Shown: positions 43,759 through 57,445 of the stretch, one piece after another
How positions within the stretch are numbered: position 1 is the stretch's first letter
Layout of the letters: every line of letters starts with the position of its first letter
Source of the DNA: Callorhinchus milii
Taxonomy: Eukaryota
NCBI RefSeq assembly: GCF_018977255.1
Contig: NW_024704742.1
Coordinates: forward strand, 85,314,001 to 85,378,000
Direction of reading: 5' to 3'
DNA length: 64,000 nt
Position numbers and translations under genes: made by a program
The notes under the pieces: model-generated
Seen by the model: only the letters and a program-made list of their open reading frames with translations
Database searches by the model: none
What the model was told of the DNA's origin: nothing

Positions 43759-46700
43759 ACTATGGAGTATATTGAGTTGAGTTTCTAGTAGAAATATGGA
43801 AAATCACCATCCAGATTAAGACTGTGTTTAAGACTTTTGCAAAATGACGCATGAGTTAAATTTTTAAGGCAATGTAAATCTTGAGCCTAAAACCAGTGAT
43901 GATATAGGTTTATGCAGTAGGGCAGTAATCCATCCCACTCCTCAGAGACGTGGGGATTCAGGTGAAAGAATTGGAGATTTAGCTTAAGTGGTTTCAATTT
44001 CCTGAATGTTTTGATTTCATTCAGGAAATCAGAGATTGCACACTGTGCTGGTTAAACTCCTCTGGCTTAGTTTGCTATCTAGAGGATGACGTGTGCAAAG
44101 ATCCTGATAGACAGGCACAGAACTAGTTAACATGATCGTTCCCAAGTAAAATGAAGGAAAGCGAACCAGTGGCTGACAATTCCCCGTTTCACCAACAAAA
44201 CTGTCATGATAGTGAACAAACCCTTTTGTCTGTTCACTATCAAAGACTTGCAAACAAACCCTTTTGATGTCTGTCGAGCAATTCGCTTTGTCAAATTGAA
44301 GTATATAAAATTTTGAATGGAATTGAGAAAATAAACTCAGAACAATACTTACATATGCACTGAGACAGCAGAAGAAGAAGTAACAAAGGGTCATTTCAGG
44401 TCAGACACCAGGATGTGTTTCTTTACCCAGAGGGGAATTAACATCCAGAACAGGTTACCAGGAAGGGTGGTTAAGGAGAGGCAGTTCTCATGTAAAAAGC
44501 AGCATGATGCTGTGAAGGGGAGGATGGTAGGTAGGGTGGATCATCTGGAAGGATGAGATCAAATGAGCCAAATAGTCATCTTCACCTGAACTGATCTTGT
44601 GATTTTATGAAAAGAAAGGGAGAGGAAAAAAGATAGCAGTGAGTGAGAAATTCTGGGCGATAAGAACTCAATGCCAATATCATAAACTCCAAACGAAAAT
44701 AAATACAACAGAAATTTACATTTATACAGCGCCTTTCATATCAGGAGGCCATCCCAAGGCACTTGACAGTCCTCACTTGGCACCTGAGCTGGGGGTAAGG
44801 GGCCAAGGGAGGTGGAGGGGAACAATGACCAGACAAGATCAAAGAGGAAGGTTTTGAGATGGACCTTGAAAGAGATGAATGGTAAAAAGCTCAATATTCC
44901 AAAGCTGCCCTCACCAGAGAACTGTAGGAGGTTAGAATAACTTTTTTTTGCCTTTAGTCAAATGCCATCAATAAACCACCCAATACTGTATTTACTTTGT
45001 TTACAGCTGCTCCATAGACTGGAAACTTTCTGTAAGTCATCAATAATCACTCCCACATAGCTTTCCTTCTCCACTTCTGCTAATGGACATCTCTTCATTG
45101 TGTGTACGATTATTTATAGTTGTATCAATTTACTTTTTGCTTGTCAGCTGACTTTTACATAGGCAGACTACATCACAGTAATAATAATAATAATCTTTGC
45201 ATTTGGCATAGCGCCTTAGCACATAATTGAGTTGTCTCGAAGTGCTTCTCAGAACATACTGTAAAGCGAATTGACTGGATATTTTGTGGGCAAAACGTGG
45301 CAGCCAATTGCACACAGCAGCGTCCCACAAACAGTCGTGGATTGAGTGACCAAATTATTCTTGCTTGCTTGCTTGTTTGTTTGTTTGTTTGTTTATTTAA
45401 ATAAATTAACACATATTAAGAAGCACCAATTACAGTAGATGCATCTTAATACCGGTGTTTGTTTAAAGGTTCAATTACGTTTCTTTCCCTTACATTCTGA
45501 ATTATTAGTTTAATGGAAACAATTAGATAAATTGACCATATTGCTCATAACTGGGATGTCATGCTATGAGCTTCTGTATACAATAGATGTGGACAGTACC
45601 TATGATTTGTCCTTTGTGGCTTATGCTTCCCACATACATGCACCAGAATATTGTTCCTGTCATATATCATTCAACAAAGCACATCCCTGCCAAAGTCTTA
45701 GAGAAAATTGACACCAATGTTAATTACCTCTGAAGAAATGTGATGATGTTCGAGGCATAGTTTCCAATCAAAATGCCACTCAAGTGCCTCAACCAATTAT
45801 AAAACGGACTTAAAGGACTAGATAGCAGAAAGAGAATAGACCATCACAGGGATTACCTATAATAAGCTCCAAATAACCACAATTAATTTCAGGATTTCTT
45901 AAGTTGATGAAGAAATTCCCAACATGGTTCAGCCACTACACCTCAAAACTCTGGAGCACTCTTCCTCTATCCCTCCACCCTTCCTTCCCCACCTTCAGAT
46001 CGCGCCTGAAGACTTTCCTCTTCGACCGTGCCTAAGGTGACCTCCCTCCTCCCCCTGGCTCGGCATCATGCTCCGCTACTGCCGAGCGCAACCCTGCGTG
46101 AGTGGCGCTATATAAATGCAAATTGTTGTGGTAATAATGTGTGTGAAGTCAAGTGTTCATGAGGAGATACCTCACATCTGAACCTTCACAAGTAAGGGAT
46201 AGCAACTGTTAACAATATTAATAAAACACACCTTTGTGTCTTGATCCATGAATATATTACTCTGTAGGAAAGAAATCTTCAATGATTTTATATTGTAATA
46301 CTCATTTTGGACAACCTTTATTTGCACCTCTGCTCCTCACTTGAAGGCATTTAACTTCCTTTTCTCCTTTCTACTGGAGTACAGTTACTAGTGACCATTA
46401 TCAACGTGTGAACCTTCACACCTGACCAAACTGGACATCATCGAACTCCAACACTCCTGAAATACTCGACTCCAGAGCAGTTGAGTATTTAAAGAGTGTT
46501 GGAGCCATTGTCTTTCAGATGAGATGTTTAACCAAGACATCTGTTCAAGTGGATGTTAAGGATCACCTGACACTCCTCCTCCCAGGGTCCAGATGAGTAT
46601 CCCTCTTGTTTCCAAAATTTACAGAATAAAGACAAATTGGTCATTCATCTCATACTTACTTGTTTCTGAGCTATTGCTGATGTAGATCAGCTGTTGTGTT

Positions 46701-48229
46701 TGCCTGTGTGGCAACAGCTCTACACTTCAAAGTAACTCATTGTTCAAAACGTTTTGAGTTTTACTTTAGGATGCATCAAGACAGTGGAATGATGACACAG
46801 GTTTAGTGCTTTAAAGGCCAATTTCAGAATTGACACCAGGAAGTGTTTCTTTATCCAGAGGGTAATTAATGATTGGAACAGGTAGCTAGGAAGGATGATT
46901 GAAGTCAGGACACTGGACTCATTTAAAAAGCAGCTTGATGCTGTGATGGGAGAGTGGGTGTACTGAAGGTCCTTCTTCATCTGAACCTCTCTTGTGAGAA
47001 GGATTTTAAGATTCTAAAGGGACTGGATAATGTAGACTATGATGAGCTGTTTTATCTTGTTCAGAACAGTAGAACCAGAGGACATGGCCTGTGATTGGAG
47101 TGGAATAAATTTAAACTAATCTGTGGAAACACTATTTTAGTGAGTGAGTAGTAAATGTATGGAACATGCTCCCTAGGGAGATGGTGTAAGCAGAAAGAGT
47201 TGACTCTGCAAATTAGATAGATTTCTTTGAGCAAATAATATCTGGGGAGACAGAATATAGTTTGGGATATGACATGTGCATGCGACTGCCAGGATGTGGA
47301 AAGTGAACTGGATGGACTTTGATCTTCTTTCGTCTAGCAATTCTTATGTTCTTGTGCTGAGAAGGTGCAATATCAAATGCAAGTTATTATTCATTATTTT
47401 GCTCTGTGGTTTGGTTCCAATAGAAATTCTTGGGCGAACAATTGACTGCATCACAAATAGTTGTAATTAAGCACAGTGCTTGGACTGAGAAGGTATTTTT
47501 AGTTGTATATGACATCTTTTGTCAAAAATAAATCAGCTTTCAATGTGAGAATAAAATTGTATATAGAAAGACTTGTGGAAAAATATATCAAACAGCAAGC
47601 ATGGAATTTCAGTAAACACTGAACCTCTTTATAAGCTTAAATGGACAACCAGAAAGTGGAGATCCTTGAAGCCTAACACTTGAAGCCTAGCAGCTCTCTG
47701 CAGCCAATGTCCATTGTCTGGTATCCCCAGTGGCATGTATTATGTGAGTAAATCTGACTATCTGAGAGATGAAAAGCCAAGATTAGATTTCTGTATTGAG
47801 TTGAATAACAGCTGCCACAAGAGTTGTGAAATAAGTTCCCGATCAGTACTGTCTGCTTTAATGACACATGCACTATTGAGGGAATTGAAAGATCCAGAAC
47901 AGCATGAAACACCACTGAGATCACCCCAGGAAATGGCTCCGTGATAATCAGAGGCTATCCTTCCAGGAAAGCTTCTCATCAGGGCTTTACCGAAAGTCCT
48001 TGACCATCTTTTCTGAGCAAGGATGGATTATATTATATTGATATATAAAGATTATATATCTTTCACGTCCAAGATAATCTTTACTTTATGTTTCTCGGTT
48101 TTCATATGTACATTTTAAAAAGGTAAAACAATTTGCCTTTTTGCTGAACCATTATTTTTGTGAAGGGGTTAGATAGTCTCAAAGGGAGACAGACGCACTG
48201 TAGATAGTCAGACTGTAGACAGACACACA

Positions 48230-49048
48230 AGAACAACAACTTGCATTTATATAGCGCCCTTCACGCAGAGTAGTGTCTCAGAGGACTTAACAGTGGTGGA
48301 GCCTGACCCTGAGCTGGGCGGGGAGTGGGTAGAGGTTGAAAAGGAAGGTTTACCGGCGGGTCTTGAAAGAGGGGAGAGAGGGGGCAAGGCGGAGGGATTG
48401 AGGGAGAGTGTTCCAGAGTTTTGGGATGTAGAGGCTGAAAGCACGACCTCCAATAGTGGGGCAGAAGGTGTGAGGGATGAGCAGGAGGCCAGTGCCAGTT
48501 GAGTGAAAGCACCGGGTGGTGAATTGGAGAGTGAGGAGTTCGGAGGGGTGGGGAGGCGCAGGGAGTGAATGGATTTGAACACGAGGGTGAGGATCTTGAA
48601 GTCGATCTGTTCAGTGATGGGGAGCCAGTGGAGCCTGGCCCGACCTGGTGAGATGTGGGTACGGAGTTTGGTCCGGGTCAGTATATAGGCGGCAGAGTTC
48701 TGAATGAGCTGGACCCTTTGAATAGTGGAGCTGGGGAGACCGGTGAGGAGTGCGTTTGAGTAATCCAGGCAGGAGGTGGCAAACGCATACATGAGGCTTT
48801 CAGCTGCATTTAGGGTAAGGTACGGTCGGAGGCGGGCAATGTGGTGGAGGTGGAAGAAGGCGGCCCTGGTCAGGAACTGGATGTAGGGGCGGAAGTACAG
48901 CTGGGGGTCGAACCAGATGCCTAGGTTGTGCACTGGTTCGGTAAGTCTGAGGGAGAGCCCAGGGAAGTTGAGGAGTTTAAATCCGCAGGAGTGAAGACAT
49001 TGACAGGAGCCAAGGAGTATAGCTTTTGTCTTGCCCACATTCAGCTGT
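48230..49048 (-). mobile_element. L2 LINE 3' portion
   Basis: LQLNVGKTKAILLG, LDYSNALL, LHWLPI..QIDFKIL; (TTG)n tail. Confidence 0.92.
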
Positions 49049-49124
49049 AGACAGACACACTGAAGATAGAGAAGAGAGGCAGTAATACCAGTTATTGGGG
49101 CTATTCCAGAAGGAAACGACATGA

Positions 49125-51190
49125 TAACAACAACAACAAAATTACATTTATAGAGCGCCTTTCAAGTCGGGAGGACGTCCCAAGCTGCTGAACAGTCAGA
49201 AGTCGGGTCCCAAGCATGGGGGAAGGGTGGGGTAGGGGTGAGGGAAGGCAGAGAGGTGCGATGGCGACCGAAAGCATGATCGAAGAGGAGGGTCTTGAGA
49301 CCGGCCTTCAAGGAGGCAAGGAAGGAAAAGAGCCAAAGGGACTGTGGGATGGAGTTCCAAAGTGTGGGGGCAGAGAGGCTGATAGCCCGGCAACGATGGT
49401 AAGGCGGGTCGGGTGGGAGACATGGAGCGGGCCGGAGCCCGCCGAACGGAGGGAGCGGTCAGGTTGGTAGGGAGTCAGCAGGTCAGAGAGGTAGGAGGGG
49501 GCAAGACCAAGGATGGACTTGAAAGTGAGGATGAGTATCTTGAATTCGATCCTCTGAGGAATGGGGAGCCAGTGGAGTCGGGCGAGGGTGGGAGTGATGG
49601 AGTCACGGAGTCTGTGACTGGCTTAGTGAGGTTGAGTGTGCAGCTGCCAGTGCCCAAGGTGCGGAGGCGCTGGTGTGAACCAATCAGGAAGATCTCAGTC
49701 AGGACTCCAGTAGTCCTGGAGTTGAGGGTGGACGCAGAGAGGTAGAGTTGGGTGTCATCTGCATACATGCGGAAATTTACCCCATATCTGCGGATGATGT
49801 CACCAAGGGGGAGCATATAGAGGGTGAAGAGGAGGGGACCGAGGACAGAGCCCTGAGGAACGCCGCACGAGACAGTGCGGGGGCTGGAGGAGAAGCCGTT
49901 TGCAGAGACAAAGTGGAGGTGGTGTGAAAGGTAGGACCTGAACCAGTCAAGAACAGGACCTTGAAGGTTGAGATGGGAGGAGAGGTGGTGGAGGAAGATT
50001 GAGTGGTCCATAGTATCAAAGGCGGTGGACCTTCGTGACCTTGATCAGAGCAGTTTCTGAGCTGTGGGCAGCACGGAAACCCAATTGGAGGGGCTCATGG
50101 AGGGAGTGGGAGGAGAGGAAAGAGTGAAGCTGGGAGGCGAAGGCTCTCTCAAGGCCCTTAGACAGAAAAGGGAGGTGGGAGATGGGCCGGTAGCTGGATA
50201 GCTGTGATGGGTCAAGGGTGGCTGTTTTGAGGGGGGAAGGAACAGTGCCAGATGACAGGGAGAGGTTGATGATGATGTCGGCGAGCAGTAGGGCAAGGAG
50301 GCGGAGCTGGGATTTAAGTAGAGAGCGGGGGGGATGGGGTCCAGAGAGCAGGTGGTGAGCTTCATGGAGGATATGGTGGTGATGACAGAGGAGGGGGTGA
50401 CAGGTTCAAAGGTGTGGAAGGAGGGATAGGTAATGATCGGAGTGTGGGCTGGGGGTAGGGAGGGGGTGGAAGTTGGGAGGGCAGTGGCAGCTGAGCGAAT
50501 TCCCTCGATTTTGGACTCGAGGAAGTCCAGCATTTCCTTGCAGTGGGAGTCGGAGGAAAGAATCTGCGAGGCGTGGCGGGGAGGTCGGAGGAGCCGGTTG
50601 ATGGTGGAGAACAGGAGCCTGGGGTTGCCCTTCGCCTCCAGGATCAACCTGGAGTAGAAGGACGATTTGGCCGAGGCGAGAGTGGACCGGTAGGTTTTGA
50701 TGATTCCAGCCAGATGTGGCGGTGGACCGTTAGGCCGGATTTGAGCCAAGTGCATTCAGCAGCCCACACCTGGCCCTTGAGTGAGTGGAGGTGACTGGTG
50801 AACCAGGTGAGGATCGGGAATAGGAGGCAGTTCAGGAGGTGAGGGGGCAAGGGCATTGAGTGTGGTGGAGAGGGTGCTGTGGAGGAGAGTAAACGCAGAG
50901 GATGGGTTGGTGCAGGAGGTGGGCCAGTGGGGGAGGAGATCAGAGGACTCCAGGGCAGCAGAGAGGGATTGCAGGGAGATCTTCTTCCACAGGCAGTAGA
51001 AGATGGTGATAGGTTTGGAGGCAGTGGGAAGAGGGATATAGGAGTTGAGGGAGTGGTGGTCAGAGATGGCTTGTCGGTGATGGTGACATCCGAGACGCTG
51101 AGCCCCCGGGTGATCACCAGGTCGAGCGGGTGGCTGTGAACGTGGGTAGCAGAGCGGATGTGGAGGGAGAGGTTAGGAGAGGAGAGGACA
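49125..51190 (-). mobile_element. L2 LINE, internally deleted ORF2
   Basis: [50 protein letters not shown]; tail at 49125-49140. Confidence 0.92.
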
Positions 51191-51759
51191 GCGCTATATC
51201 AAATGCAAAGATTATTATTATTATTACTCTGAATTCATGCTCAGCTTGAAAACTCCAAAATGTGGCCACTTGCAAAGCAAACCCCAAAGTTTGTTGAATG
51301 TCTCAAAGCTCTTCACAGGATATACTGTAGACCAGTGTCATAGCTAGGAATATAAATTTGGGTGGGCACCAATGTATGGTGGACAGGCAATGACCAAAGG
51401 AGGCAGGAGGAGTGAGAGGAGAGGGGGAGTAGGGGGACCAGGTGGTGCAAAGCCACAACTGTGCACTCATTGTAGATGCCAGCCTGCGTGTGCACACTAA
51501 TTGCACCCATGGAAAAGGCGCCCGCACACGCATACACAATACGCACACACACACATGCACAGAGGGTGCTACGCAGGTGCATCTGAAAGCAAGGCAGTGT
51601 GGGCGAGCTATGTGTGCACACAGTAGGGAGGGGGCACTACGGTTGGAGCTCAAACCTTTGACCCGACCGCAGCTTCCTCATCGGCGTGAGAGCAACGGGT
51701 AGACCTGAGTGCGAATTAGGTGAGCCATGGCTAAACCCCCGATGTAAAGGGCACGAGTG

Positions 51760-52090
51760 TTTGTAGGTGAATGCAGCAGCCCATTTGCACGCAGCAATGT
51801 CCCACAAACAGCCATGGAGTAAATGACCAATTTTGGGGGGGATTGTTGGCCAGGAAACCAGGAGAAACTCATTTCTCGCCATGGGATCTTTAAGATCTAC
51901 TTAAACACGCAGCATGACCTCAGTTTTATGTTTCAGCAGAAGATCGGCACCTCCAACAACAGAGCACTCCCCCAGCACTGCAATAGAGTGTCAGCATTGA
52001 TTATGTGAGTTCAAAATTCCTACCTGGGGCTTGAACCTATAACCTTCCGACTCAGAGCTGAGAGTGCTACCAACTGAGCCAGGCTGACAC
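51760..52090 (-). mobile_element. Deu-domain SINE
   Basis: tRNA-like head at 52030-52090 and Deu core. Confidence 0.75.
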
Positions 52091-54759
52091 CTTTTAAGGA
52101 AAATAGTTGTCATATATCTCTTATTAATACACGGGAGCAGAGCTATTTAAAAGATTCTGCCATGTCTCCAGCTGTCTTTCGGGGCTGGTTAATTGGAATC
52201 CACGCAGTTCATGCGCTGTGCCTGATACTTCCTGAAAGGATCAGATTAACCTGCATCTCATCACAGTCAGTGAATTAAGACATGAAATCCCAGCGTTCAG
52301 CTGTGTGACTCTCTCATTACAAAGCACGGAGCCTTCCTGCACTTATATCTGGATTGATATTTCAATCCTCATAGTACCCAGAGTCTAGCAGGTTCTAATA
52401 GGAGATTAGAGAATCATACTCTCTGACTGCTGTGTATACAGAAATCTCTGATAGCAAATATTTGCTTTACTTTGTAATACAAATGTCAAATGTCACCCTC
52501 CGAGATTCAGAGGGCACCATGTAAATTCAAGTTGTCGTTGTCCAGTTTGAAAGGTTTTAAACATAAATTCAATGATCTTGGACCCAAAACGTGCAATATT
52601 TCTTCCTATAAACATCATTGTGCAGGCACATGCTGGAGGTATTGATAATACCAATCATTCCTCGCAATGTGGTCATATCCTGTTGTTATCCAAGTTAATG
52701 TATTGGCCATACATAAGTTAATTATTCTCGTTCCACCCCAGAGACTGAAGGGGATTCCTAGCTCCCAAAATAGTCAGTGGAAGGCTGTCACCTGAGTGCT
52801 AATGCCAACGCTTGCTCACAGGCAGTGACTTCTAGGCTGTGAGTAGCCACTCTTTTTCAAGGGATTTGGGGAACAGGTCTTCAGTGAATTCTATCACTAC
52901 GAATTTATTTAAAATGCAAACGTGTACAGTACTTGGTATCTCTTGGCAACACTCTACAAGTTCTCTTCCAATGACAGCAGGTTTGCAGTTCCCTCATCAC
53001 GTTGGAACGTAAAAATGAACGGAAAAGAATGAACAAGAAGATCTGACACATGGGTCAGTCTGGCTCAGTTGGTAGCATTCTTGCTTCTGTCTTGCATTTT
53101 TGGAGGTGCCATCCTTCAGATGAGATGTTAAACCAAAGTCCTGTTTGATTAAATTGTTCATTCACTTCATATCTGTTTGTGGGACACTGTGGGATATTGT
53201 TGTGTGCAAACTTGCTGTCACGTTGGCCCACAATTATACACAGTCACTTCACTTTACAGTGTATAAAAAATGTCCTCCCGAAGTAAAAGGCATTGAATCA
53301 AAAGTAAAAGATCATTGCAGTCCATTTGGCTGCACCCAAAGCAATGAGTTTTTAAATGACAATAATTTTCACCTGTATAGCATCTCTCCTAAAAGGAGAA
53401 TATCCCAGAACACTTCACAGATACAAATAAATAATCCTAACCAGTTCAATCTCAGAGCCACTTCTCATGAATTGTCTTCTCCAAAATACTCACCTAATTC
53501 CCTGACACAATCTGTCTCCACCTTGCAAGTTCCACACTCAATAATCATAATTTCTGTGTGAAGAATTACATTTGAACTGCTCGTTTCTCACCGTCTCTTT
53601 ACTGATATTCAGCCCATGCACCTCTTGAGTTTTTGACCATGTTAAGCTTAGGGCACTGCTGATCAAGCTTAGTTGATTCCGGATGAAGAAACCCTGCCCT
53701 CAATAACTGGTCTATCCCTCCAAGAAAAATAAAATGTGGTATCTTATACAAGCGGAAATCCATCACTATGTTTAAGATTATCCAAACCAGACAGAGATCC
53801 ACATATGCGTGGAAATGTCTCTTCGTCCTGAGCGGAAATGTACACTCTTTCCCCAAAGGAACAACTCTACTCAGCTAATCCTGGATAATATTAGGCACAA
53901 GTTGGCAAGAGACAAAGAGTGTACTGCCAAAGTTTAACCAGATAAAATCACTCAGACACCATCTGTTTGTTCAACTGGAGCCTCTGTACCCATGAGGGCT
54001 TTGGCTTACAGGAGCTGAGTGAATCACAATCACAAGTTAAACCCTCATAGCTTGCCATTGCTGAATTAACCCTCATAGCTTGCCATTGATATCACTGTCT
54101 GGCAAGCTTTCCCGCTCCTTGTCTAGTTCGGACCACCCTACCCTTTAGGGCTTTGTATTGCAGGGTTAACAGGAGCTGAGTGGGATGATTCCCTGCCCCC
54201 AGTGACTGGTCTGCCCTTCCAGGTCCTGCCAATGAGTCAGGCTGGCTGTGCTGTCATCAGCAGTGCCCTGGAGTACGGCGGATCTACATCAGGAACTGGA
54301 TTACTGAGGCTGCCTCAGATGGGTTCAATTACGATATATAATTGCTAGACACGTAACCTTGGAACCAGCTCAGCTCCAAGGAGACCTCACTTATCTCAGT
54401 CCCGAGGATAGTCACTGGTCGGTCATCATGTATCAGGCATCTGACAAGCGTGGGTTTGAACCATCAATAGGTGGATGGAAGGTATCAGGTGGTTCCACCT
54501 CTCAATGGAAAACATTTCTAATTTGACTAAATGATCATCTGATCACTGTTTTTTTTAGAATACTTTGTTTTTGTTTTTGGTCAAGCACGTGACATTTATA
54601 ATTATAATATATAATAATCCGTGCATTTGATATAGCACTTTTCACGTCTTCGAGACATCTCAAAGCGTTTCACAGAATATACTGTAAGCTGAATTGACTG
54701 TATATTTGTGGGCAAAACGCGGCAGCCAATTGCGTACAGCAGTGTCCCACAAACAGTCG

Positions 54760-55970
54760 CAGGTTAGATAGGTGGGAAGCCAGTAGATGTGGTGTATTTG
54801 GATTTCCAGAAGGCATTCGACAAAGTGCCACATAAAAGGCTGTTGCATAAGATTAGAGATTAATGGAATTAAAGGTAATATATTAGCATGGATTGGAGAG
54901 TGGCTAGGAAGGAAACAGAGAGTAGGAATAAATGGGTCCTTCTCAGATTGGCAGGATGTGACTAGTGGAGTGCCACAAAGATCAGTGCTCGGGCCTCAAC
55001 TATTTACAGTCTATATCAATGATTTAGATGATGAAATAGAACTTAACATATCTAAATTCGCGGACGATACAAGGTAGGTGGGAGAGTAAGCTGTGAAGAT
55101 GACACGAAGAATGCAAAGGGAAATAGACAGGCAAGGTGAGTGGGCAAGAAGGTGGCAGATGGAGTATAACGTGGGGAAGTGTAAAGTTATTCACCTAGGT
55201 AGTAAATATAGAAAAGCGGATTATTTTCTAGAGGGGGAGAGACTAGGTAGTGTTAGTGTTCAGAGGGATTTGGGTGTCCTTGTACACCAGTCACAAAAAG
55301 TTAGTATGCAGGTACAATAAGCAATTAGGAAGGCTAATGCTATGTTGGCGTACGGTTGCAAAAGGGTTAGAGTGCAAGAGTAGGGAAGTCTTGCTGCAGT
55401 TGTATAAGGCCTTGGTGAACTGCACCTAGAATATTGTGTGCAGTTTTGGTCTCCTTATTTAAGAAAGGATATACTCGCCTTAGTGGGGGTGAAGCGCAGA
55501 TTCACTCAGTCGGTTCATGGGATGAGGGGTTGACCTATGTGGATAGGTTGAGTAAACTCGTCCTATATTCTCTAGACTATAGAAGAATTAGAGGCGATCT
55601 TATAGAAACCTATAAGATTCTTAAGGGTCTTAATAGGGTAGATGCTGTAAGACTGTTTCCCCTGGTAGGAGAATCTAAAACTAGTCTCAAGGTTAAGGGT
55701 CAGCCTTTTCGAACTGAGTTGAGGAAACATTTCTTCACTCAGAGGGTAGTGGATTTGTGGAATTCTCTACCCCAGAAGGCTATGGATGCTCATTGAACAT
55801 AATCAAGACTGAGGTTGATAGATTTCTAAAGGATAGAGGGATTAAGGGATATGGGGATAGGGCAGGTAAATGGAATTAGGTTAGCAGATCAGCCATCAAC
55901 TTATTAAATGGTGGGGCAGGCTCGAGGGGCCAAATGGCCTACTCCTGCTCCTAAGTCTTATGCTCTTATG
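54760..55970 (+). mobile_element. CR1 LINE RT/3' portion inserted into a SINE
   Basis: VDVVYLDFQKAFDKVPH, VTSGVPQ.SVLGPQLF, SKFADDT, RGDLIETYKIL, FFTQRVV.LWNSLP; (TCTTATG) tail; the host SINE (54604-54759) resumes at about 55969. Confidence 0.95.
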
Positions 55971-57137
55971 GATTGAAGTGACCAATTTATTATTTGATGG
56001 AAAACAACCCAGCCTAATGAGGCTAAGTAACTATTGTATCAGGTAATTTGTCCATGGAATCACAGAATGGTTGCAGCACATAAGGAGGCATTTTGGCCCA
56101 ACATGTCTGGCTGGTGCCTCACTGAAGTCTAATAAACCCATTGCCTGGCTCATTCTCCATGTCTTTTAACATGATTTCTCACACTGTGCAATGCCTCTTT
56201 TTGTTTGGTCAGTCAGGTGTCTGACACATGCGGGAAACCCATCACCATGCTTAAGAGTATCCAAACTAGCCTGAGAATTCCACACATCCCACCTACTTCT
56301 GGAAATCCCAGAGATAGATTGTTGGAATGGAATGTGCATTCTCTCTCCTTAAAGGGACACATCCTACTTACCTAATTCCAGGAAGTATTAAGCACAGGTT
56401 GGCAAGAGTCAAGGCTTTGGGCCCCCAGAGTGTGCGTTGGGGTACTGCTGAAGTCCAACCAGTTAAAACCACGTAGCTTGTGATTGTGCAATGCCTCAAT
56501 GTTCCCTTTCTGCCCCTGCTACCTCTGAATCCTTTAAAATGTTACCTTGCTGCTGCAGGGAGCAGCTCAATTTTTCTGACTAGATTTCAATGGCTTTGAT
56601 GCAGGATTCAAAAAATATCAGTTTGGGAGCGCGAGGTGTGTAGCGGTCAGAACCGAGTACCCACGTGCCCTGCTCAGCATTTTCGCCCAGCAGTAATCTG
56701 GAGCAGATACAATCTGTATTGCTGCGACACGTGACATTCTAAACTTATCCTTTTTAATCAAAGTTATTTTTACACCCTTCTCAGGTTCACGCAACTGCTA
56801 GCATTTTCTCCATTCTTTAAGCTAGGACTGTGGCACTGGCAAAACAAACACAGGCTGCTAGCCCTGAAATAAATCTGAACTCAGAAAGATCTCCTGGAAG
56901 GGCTCAGTGGGCGGCTGAACTGGAAATTAAAAGAGAAGGGAAAAAAGGGAACTGGGAAGATTGGTGTTGCAATGAAGTGAAGGATCAAGGTTCCATTAGC
57001 ATGTGGAGCCTCCATTAGCAGGCGTGGGGGTTTGGGTGCTTTTTCTGTTGTTGCATGTCTCGTAGCAGATCCCAATCATTCAACACTATGGTGTCCCGCA
57101 TGATTTCTCTCGCGGATCTCGTCCAACTGCGTGAACG

Positions 57138-57445
57138 GTGGGTGGATCGATGACTAGACGACACAGATTCAAGATAATTAGCAAAAGAACCAGAGGGAAG
57201 ACGAGGAGAATTTTTTTTACCCAGAGAGTTGTTACAATCTGGAATGCACTGCCTGAGAGGGTGGTGGAAGCAGATTTAATAGCAACTTTCAAAAGGGAAT
57301 TGGATAGATACTTGAAAAGGAAAAAATTGCAAGGCTATGGGGTAAGAACAGGGGACTAGTGGGACTAGTTGGACAGTTCAAAGAGCCTTCACTAACACGA
57401 TGGGCGAATGGTCTCCTTCTGTGCTGTAAGATTCTATGTTTCTAT
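57138..57445 (+). mobile_element. CR1 3' end fragment
   Basis: FFTQRVVTIWNALPERVVEA...FKRELDRYL; ttctatg tail. Confidence 0.88.

Noticed and set aside
44029..44394. 121-aa minus-strand ORF
   Set aside because: No recognisable domain and no supporting splice structure.
47714..47944. 76-aa ORF in apparently unique sequence
   Set aside because: No motif and no partner exons found.
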